From an uncultured Alphaproteobacteria bacterium (GTDB taxonomy: Bacteria > Pseudomonadota > Alphaproteobacteria > Sphingomonadales > Sphingomonadaceae), in contig CAWGYE010000004.1 in NCBI GenBank assembly GCA_963826805.1, positions 405,571 through 469,570 of the forward strand: a stretch of DNA of 64,000 nucleotides, written 5' to 3'. Positions 59,666 through 64,000 of this stretch are shown piece by piece. Positions within the stretch are counted from its first letter, which is position 1, and every line of letters starts with the position of its first letter. Position numbers and translations under genes: made by a program. The notes below the pieces were generated by a model. It was not told the DNA's origin. It searched no databases and saw only the letters and a program-made list of their open reading frames with translations.

Positions 59666-59670
59666 GCTGG

Positions 59671-60663
59671 TTAGCGCGGGAGCCCCAGCGCCCGATACGC
59701 CCCCTCCAGCGTCGGCGCCGCCATCGCCGCGGCCCGTTCCGAGCCCGCCACCAGGATCGCCTCCAGCGCGGCCGGGTCGGCTTCGAAATCCTTCAGCCGC
59801 GCGCGGATAGGGGCGATGGTTGCGACGAGGAGGTCGGCGAGCGCCGGCTTGAACGCGCCGAAGCCCTGGCCGGCGAACTCCTCGACCACCGATTGCGGCG
59901 TGCGGTCGGTCAACGCCGCGTAGATGGTGACGAGGTTCAGCGCCTCGGGGCGGCCTGCGAGCGCCTCGACCGAGTCGGGCAGGGGCTCCGGGTCGGTCTT
60001 CGCCTTGCGGATCTTCTGGGCGATCGCGTCGTCCTCGTCGTCGAGGTTGATCCGGCTCATGTCCGAGGGGTCGGTCTTGGACATCTTGGCGTTGCCGTCG
60101 CGCAGGCTCATGATCCGCGCCGCGGTCTCGCCGATATGCGGCTCCGGCACGGTGAACAGGTCGACGTCATAGTCGGCGTTGAACTTGAGCGCGATGTCGC
60201 GCATCAGCTCGACATGCTGCTTCTGGTCCTCGCCGACCGGCACGTGGGTGGCGTGGTAGAGGAGGACGTCGGCCGCCTGCAGGATCGGATAGGCGTAGAG
60301 GCCGACGCTGGAGCCTTCGCGGTTCTTGCCCGATTTCTCCTTGAACTGGGTCATCCGGTTCATCCAGCCGACCCGCGCCGTGCAGGAGAGGATCCAGGCC
60401 ATTTCCGGATGGGCGGGGACGCGGGCGTGGTTGAACAGCAAAGTCTTGTCCGGATCGATGCCGCAGGCGATCAGCGCCGCGGCCATGGCGTTGACGTTGC
60501 GGCGCAGCTCGGCCGGGTCGTTGTAGATGGTGATCGCGTGCAGATCGGCGAGGAAGATCAGGCACTCGACCTCGTGCTGCAGCTTCGCCCAGCGCCGGAT
60601 CGCGCCGAGATAATTGCCGAGGTGGAGGTTGCCGGTCGGCTGGATTCCCGAGACGACCCGCAT
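59671..60663 (-). CDS. trpS: Tryptophan--tRNA ligase
   Basis: SGIQPTG, HLGN, YPILQAAD, GEDQKQH, KMSKT. Confidence 0.97.
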   Translation of the reverse strand: MRVVSGIQPTGNLHLGNYLGAIRRWAKLQHEVECLIFLADLHAITIYNDPAELRRNVNAMAAALIACGIDPDKTLLFNHARVPAHPEMAWILSCTARVGWMNRMTQFKEKSGKNREGSSVGLYAYPILQAADVLLYHATHVPVGEDQKQHVELMRDIALKFNADYDVDLFTVPEPHIGETAARIMSLRDGNAKMSKTDPSDMSRINLDDEDDAIAQKIRKAKTDPEPLPDSVEALAGRPEALNLVTIYAALTDRTPQSVVEEFAGQGFGAFKPALADLLVATIAPIRARLKDFEADPAALEAILVAGSERAAAMAAPTLEGAYRALGLPR

Positions 60664-62229
60664 TCAGCGCTTCCTCCTCCGCCTTCGCCCGCCGGAACAG
60701 GGCCTTGAAATCCTCGCGGTCCATGCCGCCGATCATCCAGCCGAGCCCGAAATAGACGACGCCGCCCACCGAAACCAGAGCGCCCACCGCAAGGATGCGG
60801 CGCCCCGCCGAGCGCGGCGAAATAATCGGCGAGCAGGCCGCGCAGCAGCCAGAGCACCGCCGCCATCGCCGCCGCGGCGAGCAATTGCCGGGCGAGCCGC
60901 CCGACCAGCCAGCGCGGCAGGGTGAAATGGCCGCGCGCGGCGAGGATGGAAAAGAGCAAGACCATGTTGATCCAGGCACCGGCCGAGGTGACCGCGGCCA
61001 GGCTGTAAATGCCGATCACCGGGATCAGCAGGAAATTGGCGGCGACGCTGGCCACCAGCACGCCGACCGCGATCTTGACCGGCGTCTTCACGTCCTTGCG
61101 GGCGTAGAAGCCCGGAGTCAGCACCTTGACCAGCACATAGGCGGGAAGGCCGGTGACCAGGATGGCGAGGACGGTGCCGGTGATCGCGGCGTCCTCGGCG
61201 GTATAGCGTCCGCCCTGGAACAAGGCGGCGATGATCGGGCCCGACGCCACCGCCAGCGCCAGCGTCGCCGGCAAGGTGAGCAGCATGGAGAGGTCGAAGG
61301 CGCGGGCCTGGATGTTCGCCGCCTCGTGCCCCGCGTCGCGCTCGATCGCGCGGCTGATCGCCGGCAGGATGGCGGTGCCCAAGGCGGTGCCGATGATCGA
61401 CAGCGGCAGCTGGTTGAGGCGGTCGGCATAGGCAAGGTTGGTGAGCGCGCCCTCGCCGAGCCGCGAGGAGAAGAAGGTGTAGAAGAGCTGGCTGATCTGG
61501 TAGACGCCCGCCGCCAGCGTCGCCGGCACGATCAGCACGATCAGCTCCCTGACCGCCGGGGTGAGGCGCGGCCGCCCGAAATGGAGCTTGATGCCGGCGC
61601 GGCTGTACCGCCACCCAGCACAGGGCGAATTGCAGGACGCCCCCGGCCAGCACCGCCACCGCCATCGCCCGCACCGTCGGCGCGCCGCCCTCGGGGGCGA
61701 TCAGCAAGGCGGCGATCAGGGCCATGTTGAGCAGCGCCGGGGCGAAGGCGGCGACCGCGAACCGGGTCAGCGAGTTCAGCACCCCGGAGAGCAGAGCCAC
61801 CAGACTGATGAAGACGAGATAGGGGAAGGTGTAGCGGGTCAGCTCGACCGCCAGCTCGAACTTGCCCGGCGTCGCCGCATAATCGGAGACGATCAGCCAG
61901 AGGAAGGCGGGCATCGCGATCTCGAACAATGCCGTGACGATGAGCAGGGTCGGCATGAACACGGCCAGGATTTCGTTCGAGAAGCGCTGCGCGTCCTCAT
62001 GGCCGCCGGCGGCGAGGCGGCGGCTGAACAAGGGCACGAAGCCCGAGGCGAAGGCGCCCTCGCCGAACAGGCGGCGGAAGATGTTGGGCAAGGTGAAGGC
62101 GACGTTGAACGCGTCGTTGGCGTGGCTCGCGCCGAGGATGCGGCTGCCGATCATGTCGCGGGCGAAGCCGAGCACCCGGCTGACCAGGGTCAGGCCGCCG
62201 ATCGTGCCGGTCGCCTTGAGCAGGTTCAT
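60664..62229 (-). CDS. murJ: Lipid II flippase MurJ (indels near 61605, 60810 and the 3' end)
   Basis: SRVLGFARD, LPNIFRRLFGEGAF, YADRLNQLP, FYARKDVKTP spread over three frames. Confidence 0.93.
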
Positions 62230-62252
62230 CCGTCCTCAGCCCCCACGCAGGA

Positions 62253-62338
62253 AAATGGGGACAGTATACATTTTTCGGTGCGCCGCTTTGGAAACGTCCA
62301 CCGCCTCAATGCGCGAAAAATGTATATTGTCCCCATTT
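62253..62338. repeat. Family C element with long arms
   Basis: AAATGGGGACAGTATACATTTTTCG ... CGAAAAATGTATATTGTCCCCATTT; 25-bp inverted arms, one mismatch, 36-nt spacer. Confidence 0.88.
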
Positions 62339-62342
62339 AAGC

Positions 62343-62882
62343 TCAGGCCTGGCCCGTCACGTCCCCGGCCTGGCCGCCGGTCGCCTCGGCCTGCTGCTGC
62401 GCGGCGCTCTGCATGTAGAGGCCGGCGAAGTCGATCGGGTCGAGCAGCAGCGGCGGGAAGCCGCCGTCGATCGAGGCGTCGGCGATGAGCCGGCGGGCGA
62501 ACGGGAAGAGGATGCGCGGCGCCTCGGCGAGCAGGAAGGGCTGCAGCTGCTCGTCGGGCATGTTCCTGAGCGCGAACAGGCCCGCGTAGAGCAGCTCGAT
62601 GCGGAAGGCGACGCCCTCATTGCCTTCGGCCTTGATCTCGACCTTGAGCACGACCTCGTGCACGTCCTGGCCGACTGTCTGGGTGCCGATGTTGAACTGC
62701 ACGTCCATCTGCGGCTGGCCCTGCCACTGGTAGACGGCCGGCGCGTTCGGATTTTCGAACGACAAATCCTTCACATATTGGGCGAGGACGCCGACCTGCG
62801 GCAAGGTGTCCGGGCCGCCCAGCGTGTCCGGGCCGCCCAATGCCTGCTCGTCCGCGCCGTTCGCGCCTTCTTCTTCGGCCAT
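62343..62882 (-). CDS. secB: Protein-export chaperone SecB
   Basis: QYVKDLSFENP, PRILFPFAR, GGFPPLLLDPIDF. Confidence 0.96.
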   Translation of the reverse strand: MAEEEGANGADEQALGGPDTLGGPDTLPQVGVLAQYVKDLSFENPNAPAVYQWQGQPQMDVQFNIGTQTVGQDVHEVVLKVEIKAEGNEGVAFRIELLYAGLFALRNMPDEQLQPFLLAEAPRILFPFARRLIADASIDGGFPPLLLDPIDFAGLYMQSAAQQQAEATGGQAGDVTGQA

Positions 62883-63104
62883 GATCGTGGGTTCTTTCGA
62901 TTAGAGAGTGAAACCGGGAACGCCGCGGGTCAGCGCGGGTTCAGGCGGCGGCGGGTAGCAGGCGCGCCCGAGCGGTGCAACATCCCGCCGATCGCGCGGG
63001 CGGGCCGGGCAACCTCCCGGCCTGCCGGACGTTGCGGGGAATGCCATTTGAATCGGATTGGGTTCGGGCCTATGTAGGGCTGAGCGCGTCCCTGGAGAAA
63101 CCGG

Positions 63105-63758
63105 TTGACCATCGAGATCGTCCTGCTCGCCATGATCGCCCTGTTCGTGGGGCTGCGGCTCTATGCCGTGCTCGGCCAGCGGACCGGTCACGAGCAGCAG
63201 CCGGTGACCCGGCCCGAGCCGGCGGCGCCGGAAACGGTGCCGGCCGCGGCCGCGCCGGACCTCAGCGCCAACCCGGCCGAGCCGAGCGGCTTCGCCTATG
63301 AGAAGGGCGCCGCCGCCGGCATCCGCGCGATCATCGCCGCCGACCCCAGCTTCGACGTCGCCCGCTTCGTCGAGGGCGCGCAGGCGGCCTACCGGATGGT
63401 GCTCGAGGCGTTCTGGAAGGGCGACCGCGAGGAGCTGGCCTTCCTCGCGGGCGACAAGGTTCGCGACGCCTTCGTGGCCGCGATCGACGAGCGCGAGGCC
63501 GCCGGCCACAAGCTCGACAACCGGCTGGTCGCGATCGAGCGCGCCGCGATCGAGGATGCGCGGCTCGGCGGCCGCGTCGCCGAGATCGAGGTCCGCTTCG
63601 ACGCCTTCGTCGCCGCGGTGACCCGCGACAAGGAGGGCGAGATGATCGCCGGCTCGCTCGAGGACGCGGTGCCGACCAACGACATCTGGACCTTCCGCCG
63701 CGACCTTTCGTCGCGCGACCCCAACTGGCGCCTCGTCGAGACCGACGAAGCCGCCTAG
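63105..63758 (+). CDS. Tim44/TimA family protein
   Basis: LRLYAVLGQRTGHE, FVEGAQAAY, DIWTFRR...PNWRLVET; divergent from secB. Confidence 0.9.
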   Translation: MTIEIVLLAMIALFVGLRLYAVLGQRTGHEQQPVTRPEPAAPETVPAAAAPDLSANPAEPSGFAYEKGAAAGIRAIIAADPSFDVARFVEGAQAAYRMVLEAFWKGDREELAFLAGDKVRDAFVAAIDEREAAGHKLDNRLVAIERAAIEDARLGGRVAEIEVRFDAFVAAVTRDKEGEMIAGSLEDAVPTNDIWTFRRDLSSRDPNWRLVETDEAA

Positions 63759-63769
63759 ACGAAGGGGCG

Positions 63770-64000
63770 ATGGCACGCCCCGCTTTGCCTTTCCGTTCGT
63801 TCCTGCTCGCCGGCTTGCTGCTGGCGCTGGCGAGCTGCGCGCGGGTGATCCCGCCGCCCAGCCGGCCGCCCCCTGCGCCCGCCCCCGCCCCCGCGCCGCC
63901 GCCGCCGCCGGCGCCGGTGCCGGCCCCGGTGCCGCCGCCTCCCGCCAATGCGATCGAGGCCGGCGTGCGCGCCGGCCCGCCGCTGCCGGCGCTCGACGCC
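63770..64000 (+). CDS. Lipoprotein 5' fragment, probably MltA by synteny
   Basis: MARPALPFRSFLLAGLLLALASC lipobox then Pro-rich linker; catalytic domain outside the window. Confidence 0.55.
   Translation, partial: MARPALPFRSFLLAGLLLALASCARVIPPPSRPPPAPAPAPAPPPPPAPVPAPVPPPPANAIEAGVRAGPPLPALDA

Noticed and set aside
50117-62229. coaBC, dnaA and murJ as pseudogenes or programmed frameshifts
   Set aside because: Essential genes with intact motifs, scattered indels and no slippery-site pattern
62806-62839. 18-bp tandem duplication in secB (LGGPDT twice)
   Set aside because: In-frame slippage in a variable N-terminal tail; no sign of function

Overview
High-GC alphaproteobacterial chromosomal segment, most consistent with Sphingomonadaceae (inferred from gene order such as rpsT-dnaA, secB-Tim44-mltA and ubiE-ubiB-coaBC-dut, and from protein style). 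It contains a phenylacetate catabolic cluster (paaZ, paaG, paaI, thiolase, paaABCDE, TetR regulator), a class A beta-lactamase, a TonB-dependent receptor, an OmpR/histidine kinase pair, a TPR-SLOG-class III cyclase fusion preceded by a 273-bp inverted-repeat element, tRNA-Lys(TTT), aguBA, three secreted peptidases, many housekeeping genes and a DUF4160/DUF2442 toxin-antitoxin-like pair. Main leads: (1) five tandem small secreted paralogs with a fixed C-x6-G[ST]RL-x5-C scaffold, four ending in variable Cys-closed tails; (2) palindromic REP/RPE-like elements that sit in frame inside paaD or form translationally coupled bridge mini-ORFs between operon genes; (3) Gln directly after the signal peptide in essentially every secreted protein, next to a glutaminyl cyclase (Q-rule-like); (4) a non-canonical cyclase behind a highly structured MITE-like element. 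Many indels in essential genes and recurrent GAATCG>GAATTG changes indicate sequencing or assembly errors, so frameshifts should not be read as pseudogenes. All calls come from reading the sequence and recalled family motifs; no database searches were run.
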